55,751 nucleotides of DNA, from assembly GCA_945860945.1 (NCBI GenBank), contig CAMASG010000005.1, forward strand, positions 1 to 55,751, in the 5' to 3' direction. This document shows, piece by piece, positions 47,120 to 55,751 of this stretch. Every line of letters begins with the position of its first letter. Position 1 is the stretch's first letter. The stretch comes from Akkermansia muciniphila (lineage in GTDB: Bacteria > Verrucomicrobiota > Verrucomicrobiia > Limisphaerales > SIAT01). A model generated the notes under the pieces. It was not told the DNA's origin, ran no database searches, and was given only the letters and a program-made list of their open reading frames with translations. Made by a program: the position numbers and the translations under genes.

Positions 47120-48097
47120 TCACTTCCGCTTCACGGTGAAGTCGAACGGCGCGGTCTTCGCGAAGGTTTCCCAGCGCTGGTTCAACGCGGCCACACTCGG
47201 CTTGCCGGCGTGGACGTAGATGCCGTAGCGGAGTTGAAGAGGCTTTCCAGCGGCGATGACATGCGGCCCGTCGAACGTGAGCGAAGAGCCCATCCATCCG
47301 TCGGAGCGCACGTGGAAGACGGTCGGATGATTCGGATTCGCGGGATGGTCGAAGAACGTGACGCCTTCGGTGGCTTTGGCGGTGACAGGCCCGGAGTAAT
47401 CGCACCACCTGGCCGGTTTCCAGAAGCAGCCATTCTCGCCCTGCTCATCCACATTGCCGGCGGAGTTGCGGATGGTGCCGCCGCCGTCGTTGATCCCCAT
47501 CGTCTTTGCCACACGCACAGCGAAAAGGCCGAAGGGCGTTTTGCCGAGCGTCGCCTCCTTCTCGCGCGGTTCGAGCTGCACATCGACGACGAGCAACGAT
47601 TCGCCGTTCGGTAAAGGCTGTATCGCCGTGCGGCGGCGCTCGATGAGCAGCACCTTGCCGGATTTATCCACCCAATGATTCAACGCAAGCACGGCTGCTG
47701 CGTCATCGCCGTCATCGAGTCGTTCGATGCGTTGATGGAGGATGCGACCGGTATTCGTGCCGCGGTCGGCCCAGAAGCTCACGCCGTTCACATCGTTGTG
47801 CGAGACCCAGCAGGAGTTGTGATGGCTGTGACCGACGGGGTCGTGCGGATGGCCCATCCGCGTGATCGGTCGGCCGCTGGGGCCGATGAGCGGAAAGACG
47901 AACGGCCGCTGAAGCGTGGGCGCGAAGTGATAACGGGCAATCTCGAGTCCGTCGCGTTGGAAGGAGATTTGATCGTGCGGCTGCGGCATGGCCTGCATCA
48001 GCGGAATCGGCTTGGCGGTTTGCGATGTCGCCGCCGAATCGGCGAGCAGAAATAGGACAGTTAGAAAACAGAGGCGGAACGTGGCGTGCGGTTGCAT
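47120..48097 (-). CDS. Secreted hypothetical protein of the PmoA-named family (not methane monooxygenase)
   Basis: Signal peptide, RPFVFPL, HSHH, WCDYSG, DHPANPNHP; soluble-looking. Confidence 0.7.
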   Translation of the reverse strand: MQPHATFRLCFLTVLFLLADSAATSQTAKPIPLMQAMPQPHDQISFQRDGLEIARYHFAPTLQRPFVFPLIGPSGRPITRMGHPHDPVGHSHHNSCWVSHNDVNGVSFWADRGTNTGRILHQRIERLDDGDDAAAVLALNHWVDKSGKVLLIERRRTAIQPLPNGESLLVVDVQLEPREKEATLGKTPFGLFAVRVAKTMGINDGGGTIRNSAGNVDEQGENGCFWKPARWCDYSGPVTAKATEGVTFFDHPANPNHPTVFHVRSDGWMGSSLTFDGPHVIAAGKPLQLRYGIYVHAGKPSVAALNQRWETFAKTAPFDFTVKRK

Positions 48098-48188
48098 AGC
48101 TTCAAGAAAGACGAAAGGGCACGAGCCGTCGAGCCTGAGTTTGAACGGATGATTTCGCGCAGCGAAAAAGCGCGATCAGTCGCCGACT

Positions 48189-50594
48189 TTACGAACCGGG
48201 CTTGCCGAAGCGCGGGGCGGGTTTGACGGTCGGCGGCCGCACGGCGGGCTTTTCCAGCGAGAGGAGGCGTTTGGCTTCTTCGAGCAGGAAGTCCACCTGT
48301 TGAAACGGTTGGTAGCTGATGTCCTGCCAGCGCACGCGGCCCTCGCCATCGATCAGGAAGATGCCGTGCAACGGCGTCTGCTCGAAGTCGTCGTAGGCAC
48401 GGTACGCTTTGAAGGCGCGCTGGCTGGCGTCGGAGAGGAGCGTGAATGGGAACGCGCTGCCGAGTGTGGTTTTGTCGAAGGTCGCTTTCAGTCCAGTACC
48501 GCTGTCAGTGCTTACGCCGACGAGCGTGATGCCGAGCTTGGAGAAGTCATCCGTCGCCGGCGCGAAGACATTAAGCTGCTCGATGCAATGCGGGCAACCG
48601 GCACCGAGGTAGAAGATGAGAACGATTGGCCGGCCTCGGAATTGGGCGAGCGAAAACGTGCGGCCTTTATTATCAGCCAACGACCATTCGGGCGCGGGCA
48701 TCGGCTGCCAGCGGAAGGGGCCGAGCGAATCGAGTGGCGGGCGCGGACCGAGATCGGCGGCGGGCGCGGGTTTGGCCCGCCAATCGGCGGGAAGACCAAG
48801 CTCCTTCGCGAGTGGTGCGAGGCGCGTGAGCATCGGGAGATCGATATCGGCGAACGCGGCCTGTTCGCGAAGTTTCTGGAAGGCGTCGCGGGCCAGTTGT
48901 GTTTTGCCGCTCTGATGGAGGATGTGGACGTAGGTGGCGAGATGGCGGACCTGATTGGTCGCGCTCTTCACGGCTTCGAGCGCGAGTTGTTCGGCTTTGG
49001 CGTTGTCACCGAGCGCGAGGTGGAGGCGGGCGAGTTCGTCCTTCGGCAAATCTTTCGCCTTGGCGAGATGGGTGAGCGCATTGGTTTTGTTGCCGGCGCT
49101 GAGCGCGGAATAGGTGCGCGCTTCCGCGATGGCGGACTCAACCTGCTGCATTCGCGAACTGGGCGTGGCGGCTTTGCTCGCGGTCTTGGCAGGGGCATTC
49201 GTGGAAGGAGCGTTCGTCGTGGGAACAGTCTTCGGTAATTGCTTGGCGCGTTCGAGGGCCAGCGACTTTTCGAGCAGCGCGAGTTGCTGCTGACCTTCAT
49301 TCGTGCGGCCGAGATTGAAGTGTGCCTTGGCGAGCAGCTTGGCAATTTTGATCTGGTCTTCGATGTCCTTTGACGCGGTTGCGAGATACGAAGTTTGTGC
49401 GAGCGCGGTCAGTTCGTTCCACAGTTCGTAGTTGTTCAGCAACGCGAGCAGATGAGTGCGGCCGTAAGCGTGGCTGCTGGTTTTGGAGATGGAATAAGAA
49501 GCGGCGGCGTTGGTGCTTTTTGAAATCTGCGGAATGCGCGGCAGCTCGATCATGTTCTTCGCGAGCGCGACGGCATCGCGTACGCGGCCGACGTGGCTGA
49601 GATCGCGCGTGAGCCATTCGTTGTTGTGGGCGTAGTTGTGGATTTGATCCGGCAACACGCGGTCGCGCATCGTGTGAGCGTGATCCACGCGAGCGGAGGC
49701 TTCCTGCTGCCACGCGGCATCGGCGTAACGATTCAGGCGCGAATAGATGTGGCCGGGCATGTGCCACATGTGAGCGATGCCGTCGGCGATGGGGCCGCAC
49801 TGGGCGGCGTTCTCGAGCGACTGCTTCGCGTCGCGGTAATCCCAGAGATGAATGCGGTAATGGTGCGCGGGATGATCCGGATGCGCGGCGAGCAACGGCT
49901 TGAGGATTTTCTCAACCTCGGTGTACGGGCGTGACGGAGAAATCTTCTCGCCGTCCGACCAGATTTTCAGAGCGAGGAAGGCTTTCGCTTCGATGTCGTC
50001 AGGAAACTTCTCCGAGATAGCAGTGAGCTGATCGATGTGGGCTTTCTGGCGGGCTTTGGCATCCTTGGGTTCGTCGGAATAAAGCGTGGCGAGAGCGTCA
50101 ATCCAGAGGCGTTCGCGCGGGCTGGCCGCGGGCTTGAGGGCGACGGCTTTCTTGATGAATTCTTTGGCGCGCTTGTTGTTATTGACGTTTGCCATCGCCA
50201 AACCCCAGTGGGCCATTGCGCACTGTGGATCGAGCGCGGCGACCTGGCGGAACGAGCGTTCGGCCTCGAAATACCAAAAGCCGTGGAGCTGGGCGACGCC
50301 TTGATTGAAGAAGGCCTGCGCTTCGCTGGCCGTTGTCGTGACTGGAAACTCGACGTGGCCAACGCCGGACATTAGATAGGCGCGCTGACGTGGCCCCTCG
50401 TTGAAGGCATCGCCGTGGATCGAATGGCCGGGGCGCGGTCCCGTGGTGTCGAGCGTGGTCTGAGCCGCGAGCGGCGCTGCGGCGAATACCACGAGCGCGG
50501 ACAGCCAGAGTGTTATCCAATCGCGAAGCACGCGATGACTCTGCCCGCCCATCGGCTGATTGCAAGCGGCTTTCGCCATGGTGACGCGTCGCAA
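48189..50594 (-). CDS. TPR protein fused to a C-terminal AhpC/TSA redoxin domain (start probably somewhat downstream)
   Basis: AQAFFNQG, HYRIH, HMWHMPGHIY; C-terminal FYLGAGCPHC, GVSTD, FLIDGEG. Confidence 0.8.
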   Translation of the reverse strand: MRRVTMAKAACNQPMGGQSHRVLRDWITLWLSALVVFAAAPLAAQTTLDTTGPRPGHSIHGDAFNEGPRQRAYLMSGVGHVEFPVTTTASEAQAFFNQGVAQLHGFWYFEAERSFRQVAALDPQCAMAHWGLAMANVNNNKRAKEFIKKAVALKPAASPRERLWIDALATLYSDEPKDAKARQKAHIDQLTAISEKFPDDIEAKAFLALKIWSDGEKISPSRPYTEVEKILKPLLAAHPDHPAHHYRIHLWDYRDAKQSLENAAQCGPIADGIAHMWHMPGHIYSRLNRYADAAWQQEASARVDHAHTMRDRVLPDQIHNYAHNNEWLTRDLSHVGRVRDAVALAKNMIELPRIPQISKSTNAAASYSISKTSSHAYGRTHLLALLNNYELWNELTALAQTSYLATASKDIEDQIKIAKLLAKAHFNLGRTNEGQQQLALLEKSLALERAKQLPKTVPTTNAPSTNAPAKTASKAATPSSRMQQVESAIAEARTYSALSAGNKTNALTHLAKAKDLPKDELARLHLALGDNAKAEQLALEAVKSATNQVRHLATYVHILHQSGKTQLARDAFQKLREQAAFADIDLPMLTRLAPLAKELGLPADWRAKPAPAADLGPRPPLDSLGPFRWQPMPAPEWSLADNKGRTFSLAQFRGRPIVLIFYLGAGCPHCIEQLNVFAPATDDFSKLGITLVGVSTDSGTGLKATFDKTTLGSAFPFTLLSDASQRAFKAYRAYDDFEQTPLHGIFLIDGEGRVRWQDISYQPFQQVDFLLEEAKRLLSLEKPAVRPPTVKPAPRFGKPGS

Positions 50595-50597
50595 TCC

Positions 50598-51551
50598 TCA
50601 GTTTGCGGCCACGCCGCTGGATTTTTCCGCGCTGGGGAAATTGGCCGGAATCGCGAAAGTCACTTTGTCGGTGGCGAGCCATTCGCAGGCGCGATTGAGC
50701 GTGGTGATGAAGCCGACGCATTGGAGCGCCTTGCCGTTCTCGTGGCCCATCGGCGTGTGGAAGACGAGGCCTTTACCGTGTTTGATGACCATCATCATCG
50801 GTTCGTGGCGCTTGGTTTTTTCGCACCACGTGGTGGCGAGAATCTCCATGTTTTCGGCCGGTCCGCGCAGTGAATCGTACAGTTCATCCTGAGTGTGTTT
50901 CCACTTGGCCGGCATGCCCTGCGTGATCGGGTGCTTGGCGCCGCGCAACTCGATGGTGAACTCGTGCTGCGGTCCGTGGCTGCCGCCGTTGCCCGGTTTG
51001 GTGTCGCGCACTTCCTTGCCCGCGTTGTCATAATACACATACGGGCCGTGCTTCTCGGTGCGACCGCCCCAGCCGCCGAGTCCGATCATCTGGTTATACT
51101 CGAGCCAGTTTGGGAACGAGTTATCGGCGGCATGCACGCAGACGAACCGTCCACCGTTTTTCATGTGGCTCTCGAACGCGGTCTTCACCGGTTGCGGCCA
51201 ATCCTGTCCGTTGTAATTGCTGATGATGACGTCGTACTTGGCGAAATCCGGCCGCCACGCGTCCCAGTTGCTGGACGCCTCTTTCTTCAACTCGGCGTTG
51301 GCCTGTTCGGCTTTCGCTTTCTGCTCGGCGGTCAAACTTTTCGGCGCGTTGGGCGTGGTGGACGGCGTGGTGGAAATATCGACAGTGAAGCGTCCGGTCT
51401 TCTCGAGTTGCGCCTTCATGAAGGGCGACATGGCCTTCCAATTATGGTTGTTCTGTCCGTCGATGATCAGGATTTTAATCGGCGCCGCGTTGGTCACGGA
51501 ACCAAAGGCGAACAGTGCGACGGTCAGCAGGAATGTGAAGAATCGTTTCAT
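50598..51551 (-). CDS. ThuA-like (class I glutamine amidotransferase-fold) secreted protein
   Basis: IIDGQNNHNW, VHAA, HPITQG, DELY, TPMGH. Confidence 0.85.
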   Translation of the reverse strand: MKRFFTFLLTVALFAFGSVTNAAPIKILIIDGQNNHNWKAMSPFMKAQLEKTGRFTVDISTTPSTTPNAPKSLTAEQKAKAEQANAELKKEASSNWDAWRPDFAKYDVIISNYNGQDWPQPVKTAFESHMKNGGRFVCVHAADNSFPNWLEYNQMIGLGGWGGRTEKHGPYVYYDNAGKEVRDTKPGNGGSHGPQHEFTIELRGAKHPITQGMPAKWKHTQDELYDSLRGPAENMEILATTWCEKTKRHEPMMMVIKHGKGLVFHTPMGHENGKALQCVGFITTLNRACEWLATDKVTFAIPANFPSAEKSSGVAAN

Positions 51552-51630
51552 GATGTGTGCGGGATGAATTTAATGCGTGAGTGATGATAGCTGGCGCCGC
51601 GCCGCTGCCAAGCCTGTTTCTGGGCGTGAT

Positions 51631-52695
51631 TCAAATCAAGCCGGCGGTCTCGGGGAAGCCGCAGAGGATGTTGAAGCTCTGCACGGCTTGGCCGCTGGCG
51701 CCTTTCACGATGTTGTCCTCGGCGCTCATCACAATCAGGCGACCAGTGCGCGGATCGAGTCGCCAAGCGATCTCGATGCAGTTCGTTCCCACCACGTTCT
51801 TCGTGTCGGGCAACGCATTCCCATCGAGCAATCGTATGAACGGCTCGTTGCCGTAGGCGGCCTGATAACAGGCGGTGATCTGTTTTGCCAACGTCTCCAT
51901 CTCGGCGGCGTTGGCGAAGTGCTTCGCGGGCGCGAGATAAAGCGTGGTGAGGATGCCGCGGTTCACGGGAATGAGGTGCGGCGTGAACTGGAGCGTGACC
52001 TCGGAGCCGGCGGCTTTCGTGAGTTCCTGCTCGATCTCCGAGAGGTGCCGGTGCTTCGGCACGCCGTACGGGCGCACGCTTTCGTTGCACTCCACGAAGA
52101 GATAATCGAGATCGGCTTTGCGTCCGGCACCGCTCACACCGCTGAGCGAATCGGCGATGATGCCGTGCGGCTTGATGAGCCCGGCGCGCAGAAGCGGCAA
52201 CGTCGGCAGCAGGATGCTGGTGGGATAACAACCCGGCGAGGCGATGAGCGTCGCGGTTTTGATTTCGTTTCGATAAATCTCCGGCAACCCGTATACGGCC
52301 TTGGCCAACAGCTCGGGCGCGGGATGATCGTGCGCGTAGAATTCCTTGTAGGTCGCGGGGCTGCGCAATCTGAAGTCCGCACTGAGGTCGATGACCTGAC
52401 AGCCGAGCTTGAGCAGCGGCACGGCGAATTCAGCGGCGACACCGTGGGGCAGGGCGAGAAAAACCACCTGCGCCTGCGTGGCGAGCAGCTCGGCGTTCGG
52501 CTCCACGAAGCGCAGTGTCTTGGCGCGCGGATGGCTGGCGAACTTGGGGAAGATTTGCGCGACAGTCTGGCCGGCTTGCTGGCGCGAGGTGACGGCGACC
52601 AGTTCGGCGTGCGGATGGTGGAGCAGCAGGTTCACGAGCTCCTCGCCGGAGTAGCCCGAGGCGCCGACGATGGCGACTTTGACGGTCTTGTTCAT
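51631..52695 (-). CDS. argC: N-acetyl-gamma-glutamyl-phosphate reductase
   Basis: GASGYSG, LALPHG, DLSADFR, PGCYPT, SGVSGAG, DNIVKGASGQA. Confidence 0.97.
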   Translation of the reverse strand: MNKTVKVAIVGASGYSGEELVNLLLHHPHAELVAVTSRQQAGQTVAQIFPKFASHPRAKTLRFVEPNAELLATQAQVVFLALPHGVAAEFAVPLLKLGCQVIDLSADFRLRSPATYKEFYAHDHPAPELLAKAVYGLPEIYRNEIKTATLIASPGCYPTSILLPTLPLLRAGLIKPHGIIADSLSGVSGAGRKADLDYLFVECNESVRPYGVPKHRHLSEIEQELTKAAGSEVTLQFTPHLIPVNRGILTTLYLAPAKHFANAAEMETLAKQITACYQAAYGNEPFIRLLDGNALPDTKNVVGTNCIEIAWRLDPRTGRLIVMSAEDNIVKGASGQAVQSFNILCGFPETAGLI

Positions 52696-52754
52696 TTTGA
52701 CGATGGAGTTCTAACGCAGCAGAGCAGCGGTGCGGAGTTAATTTTTCGTGAAAA

Positions 52755-52784
52755 CAAAAAACCCGCTGGTTGCCCAGCGGGTTT
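52755..52784 (-). terminator. Intrinsic terminator after rplM-rpsI
   Basis: Minus strand AAACCCGCTGG-GCAA-CCAGCGGGTTTTTT. Confidence 0.88.
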
Positions 52785-52802
52785 CGAGTAAGTGAATGCA
52801 GC

Positions 52803-53204
52803 TTAACGCTTGCTGAACTGGAAGCGTTTGCGGGCGCCGGGTTGGCCGTACTTCTTACGCTCTTTCTCGCGGGCATCGCGAGTGAGCAGGCCTTGGGCTT
52901 TGAGAGCGGGGCGCATGGCAGCGTCCACCTCGAGCAGGGCGCGGGAGATGCCGTGGCGCACGGCGCCAGCTTGGCCGGAAGGTCCGCCGCCGGCGACGTT
53001 CACACGGACGTCGAACTTGCCGTTCGATTCGGTGACGGCGAAAGGCTGGATGACCATCGCGCGCTGATCTTCCACGTGGAAGTAGGCGTCGTAGGCGCGG
53101 CCGTTCACGACAATCTTGCCGGAGCCGGTGGCGATGCGCACGCGGGCGACGGCGGTTTTACGCCGGCCGGTGCCGAGGAATTCCTTGATCTTGGTCTTGG
53201 CCAT
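52803..53204 (-). CDS. rpsI: 30S ribosomal protein uS9
   Basis: [32 protein letters not shown]. Confidence 0.98.
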   Translation of the reverse strand: MAKTKIKEFLGTGRRKTAVARVRIATGSGKIVVNGRAYDAYFHVEDQRAMVIQPFAVTESNGKFDVRVNVAGGGPSGQAGAVRHGISRALLEVDAAMRPALKAQGLLTRDAREKERKKYGQPGARKRFQFSKR

Positions 53205-53210
53205 AAAATA

Positions 53211-53645
53211 TTACTTCACGACAGCTACGACATCGGGTTGCTGGGCTTCGTGCGGGTGCTTGGTGCCCTGATACACTTTGAGCTTGGTGAGAAGCTGATC
53301 GCCGAGGCGGTTCTTCGGGATCATCCCTTTCACGGCGTGCATGATGAGGCGCTCGGGGTGCGACGCGCGGACTTGCGCGACGGTGCGATACTTTTCGCCG
53401 CCCTTCCAACCGGAGTATGACATGAACTCCTTGTCGGTCTCTTTCTTGCCGGTGAGGCGGATCTTCTCGGCGTTGATGACGACGACAAAGTCGCCGGCGT
53501 CGAGGTGATGGGTGAAAATCGGCTTGTTGCGGCCGCGCAGGATGTTCGCGACCTGGACGGCGAGGCGTCCGAGCACGGCACCATCGGCATCAATCACGTG
53601 CCACTTGCGCGCGTCCAAATCCACTTTCGGGAGAAACGTCTTCAT
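53211..53645 (-). CDS. rplM: 50S ribosomal protein uL13
   Basis: WHVIDA, LGRLA, GDFVVVINAEK, HPHEAQQP. Confidence 0.98.
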   Translation of the reverse strand: MKTFLPKVDLDARKWHVIDADGAVLGRLAVQVANILRGRNKPIFTHHLDAGDFVVVINAEKIRLTGKKETDKEFMSYSGWKGGEKYRTVAQVRASHPERLIMHAVKGMIPKNRLGDQLLTKLKVYQGTKHPHEAQQPDVVAVVK

Positions 53646-53669
53646 AAAACCCTTCGTAAAGGGGCGTAG

Positions 53670-53697
53670 AAAGTAACAAACGGTCGGAACAAGTCAA
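53670..53697 (-). promoter_or_regulatory. Putative sigma70 promoter for rplM-rpsI
   Basis: TTGACT, 16 nt spacer, extended -10 TGtTACTTT. Confidence 0.6.
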
Positions 53698-53729
53698 CAG
53701 TCATTTCCAAAGAACGGTTCAATTGGTCT

Positions 53730-54755
53730 TTAGGCCTTCGGCGGCTGTGTTTTTAGCAGCTTTTCCAAGGCAGAAAGGCGGCGAAGCATCTCGGGCAATT
53801 TCTGGGAGGCGAGAAGCTGGCGCTTCATCTGCCGGTCGGGCTGCGCAGGTGTGCCGAACCATTTCTCGCCGACACCGATGTCGTGCATCACGCCGGATTG
53901 CGCGGCGATAGTTACTTTGTCGCCGATGCGCAAGTGTCCTGCGAGGCCGACCTGTCCAGCGAGCGTGACTAAGTCGCCGAGTTTGGTGCTGCCGGCGATG
54001 CCCGCTTGCGCGACGATGAGGCAATGTTCACCGGTCACCACATTGTGCGCGATCTGAACGAGGTTATCAATCTTCGTGCCTTTGCCGATGACGGTCGGTC
54101 CGAGGGCGCCGCGATCGATTGTCACGTTCGCGCCGATCTCCACGTCGTCGTGGATGATGACGTTGCCGATTTGCGGCACCTTGCGGTGTTCGCCTTCATC
54201 GAAGACGTAGCCGAAGCCGTCCGAGCCGACGACTGTGCCGGCGTGGATGCGCACGCGGTCGCCGATGACCGTACGCGGATAGAGCGTGACGTTGTGAAAG
54301 ATGACAGAGCGCTCGCCGATCTGGCAGCCGACATCCACGTAAATGTTCCCGTGCAGACAGGAATGTTCGCCGATAGTCACGCCCTCGGAGACGATGCAGT
54401 GCGGACCGATGCGCGCGGTCGGATGAATCTTCGCCGTTGGCGCGATCGTCGCTGACGGATGGACGCCGGCCGGCGGCATCGGCTCGGGGAAAAAGAGCGG
54501 CAGTACTTTGGCGAAGGCGCGGCGGGAATCCGCCACGCGGATGAGCGTTTTCTTTTCCGTCGTGAACGGCTTGTCCACGATGATGGCCGCGGCGGCGCTT
54601 TGCTCGGCGCGTTCGAAGAAAGTTTTGTTCTCGGCGAAGGTGAGGTCGCCAGCCTTGGCCTTGTCGGCCGCGGCGAACGTGGTGAGGACGAGGCTGGCGT
54701 CGCCTACGACTTCGCCGCCTAAAAGCTGAGCGATTTCGGCTACGGTGAAGGACAT
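53730..54755 (-). CDS. lpxD: UDP-3-O-acyl-glucosamine N-acyltransferase
   Basis: Hexapeptide repeats, [22 protein letters not shown]. Confidence 0.97.
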   Translation of the reverse strand: MSFTVAEIAQLLGGEVVGDASLVLTTFAAADKAKAGDLTFAENKTFFERAEQSAAAAIIVDKPFTTEKKTLIRVADSRRAFAKVLPLFFPEPMPPAGVHPSATIAPTAKIHPTARIGPHCIVSEGVTIGEHSCLHGNIYVDVGCQIGERSVIFHNVTLYPRTVIGDRVRIHAGTVVGSDGFGYVFDEGEHRKVPQIGNVIIHDDVEIGANVTIDRGALGPTVIGKGTKIDNLVQIAHNVVTGEHCLIVAQAGIAGSTKLGDLVTLAGQVGLAGHLRIGDKVTIAAQSGVMHDIGVGEKWFGTPAQPDRQMKRQLLASQKLPEMLRRLSALEKLLKTQPPKA

Positions 54756-54759
54756 GTGG

Positions 54760-55122
54760 TCAGATTCCGCGTTCGGTCACGATGATGTTGTTTTCCGCGA
54801 GCACAAGCACGCGGGGTTGCCAGTTCGTCGCCTGAGTTGCGTCGATCTCAGTGAAGCTCATGATGGTGAGGCGGTCGCCCTTCTTGCCGAGATGAGCCGT
54901 CGCGCCATTCAAGATAATCGCGCCCGAGCCGCGCTCGCCGGCGATCGCGTACGTCTCGAAGCGTTCGCCGTTGCCCATGTTGCCGCAGAGGATCTTCTCA
55001 TACGGCAGCAGGCCGACGCGCTCCATCAAGTCCGCGGCGATAGTGAGACTCCCCTCGTAGTTCACGTTGGAATCCGTCACCTGCGCCCGGTGGATCTTCG
55101 ATTTCAGGAGATGAACTAGCAT
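54760..55122 (-). CDS. panD: Aspartate 1-decarboxylase
   Basis: KSKIHRA, YEGS self-cleavage site, NGERFETY; start set at MLVHLL. Confidence 0.95.
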   Translation of the reverse strand: MLVHLLKSKIHRAQVTDSNVNYEGSLTIAADLMERVGLLPYEKILCGNMGNGERFETYAIAGERGSGAIILNGATAHLGKKGDRLTIMSFTEIDATQATNWQPRVLVLAENNIIVTERGI

Positions 55123-55209
55123 ACACTCAAGTCCATTGACTTGAAAAACGGGCGTCACTATAAAGGCCGCGCATTCGTATTCAACACCTACTTTGATTCC
55201 ATTTCACTT

Positions 55210-55751
55210 ATGAGCAGAAAAATTCGTTACGGCATGGTCGGCGGTGGGCGCGGCGCGTTCATCGGTGCGGTGCATCGCATCGCGGCGGCGATGGACCAGC
55301 AGGTTGAGCTCGTCTGCGGCGCGTTCTCCAGCGACCCCGAGCGCTCCAAGGCCAGCGGCGCGGACCTCTTCCTGCCGCCAAGCCGCTGCTACGGCACCTT
55401 CGAGGAAATGATTCTCGCCGAGAAGGCCCTGCCCGCCGACCAGCGCATGGACTTCATCGCCATTGTCACGCCGAACCACATGCACTTCCCGCCCGCGAAG
55501 ATGGCGTTGGATAACGGCTTTCACGTCCTCTCTGACAAGCCCGCCACCTTCGACCTCGCCGAAGCCAAAGCCCTCGCCGCACTCGTCAAGAAGACCGGCC
55601 TCCTCTACGGCCTCACGCACAACTACACCGGCTACCCGCTCGTGAAGCAGGCGCGCGACATGATCGCCACCGGCAAGCTCGGCAAGCTCCGCAAGGTCGT
55701 CGTCGAGTATCCGCAGGGCTGGCTCGCCACGCGCCTCGAGGCCAGCGGCCA
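55210..55751 (+). CDS. Gfo/Idh/MocA oxidoreductase, truncated at right edge
   Basis: Manual translation MSRKIRYGMVGGGRGAFIGAVH...IVTPNHMH...SDKP; not in the ORF track. Confidence 0.9.
   Translation, partial: MSRKIRYGMVGGGRGAFIGAVHRIAAAMDQQVELVCGAFSSDPERSKASGADLFLPPSRCYGTFEEMILAEKALPADQRMDFIAIVTPNHMHFPPAKMALDNGFHVLSDKPATFDLAEAKALAALVKKTGLLYGLTHNYTGYPLVKQARDMIATGKLGKLRKVVVEYPQGWLATRLEASG

Noticed and set aside
47120-48097. Particulate methane monooxygenase subunit
   Set aside because: Signal peptide with no multi-pass membrane pattern and no pmoB/pmoC; the family name is misleading.

Overview
High-GC bacterial chromosome segment. Gene content and order (prs-rplY-pth-rpsF-ssb-rplI-dnaB-bamA-skp; DUF1501/PSD1-type genes; H-X9-DG prepilin-like gene; DUF1080; ThuA) suggest Verrucomicrobiota of the PVC superphylum (inference). 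The left edge holds the 5' part of a probable tyrosine integrase, absent from the ORF track, just downstream of tRNA-Arg(ACG), i.e. a likely island border. Most of the window is housekeeping: Fe-S assembly, purE, translation/replication/outer-membrane cluster, dGTPase, ispH, arg biosynthesis, rplM-rpsI, lpxD, panD. A ~22 kb accessory block separates argC from argJBD-alkA-argF. Best leads: (1) an unannotated 14-codon leader ORF ending Arg-Arg-Glu-stop with two mutually exclusive hairpins upstream of argJ, a candidate arginine-sensing attenuator; (2) a giant CpoB-like TPR gene paired with a TonB/TolA-like membrane protein carrying ~115-aa Gly/Ser repeats and a C-terminal squalene-cyclase-like barrel without the DxDD motif; (3) a ~70-aa helical insertion in POTRA3 of BamA. 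No CRISPR array, rRNA or IS element was seen. All calls come from reading motifs by eye; no searches were run.
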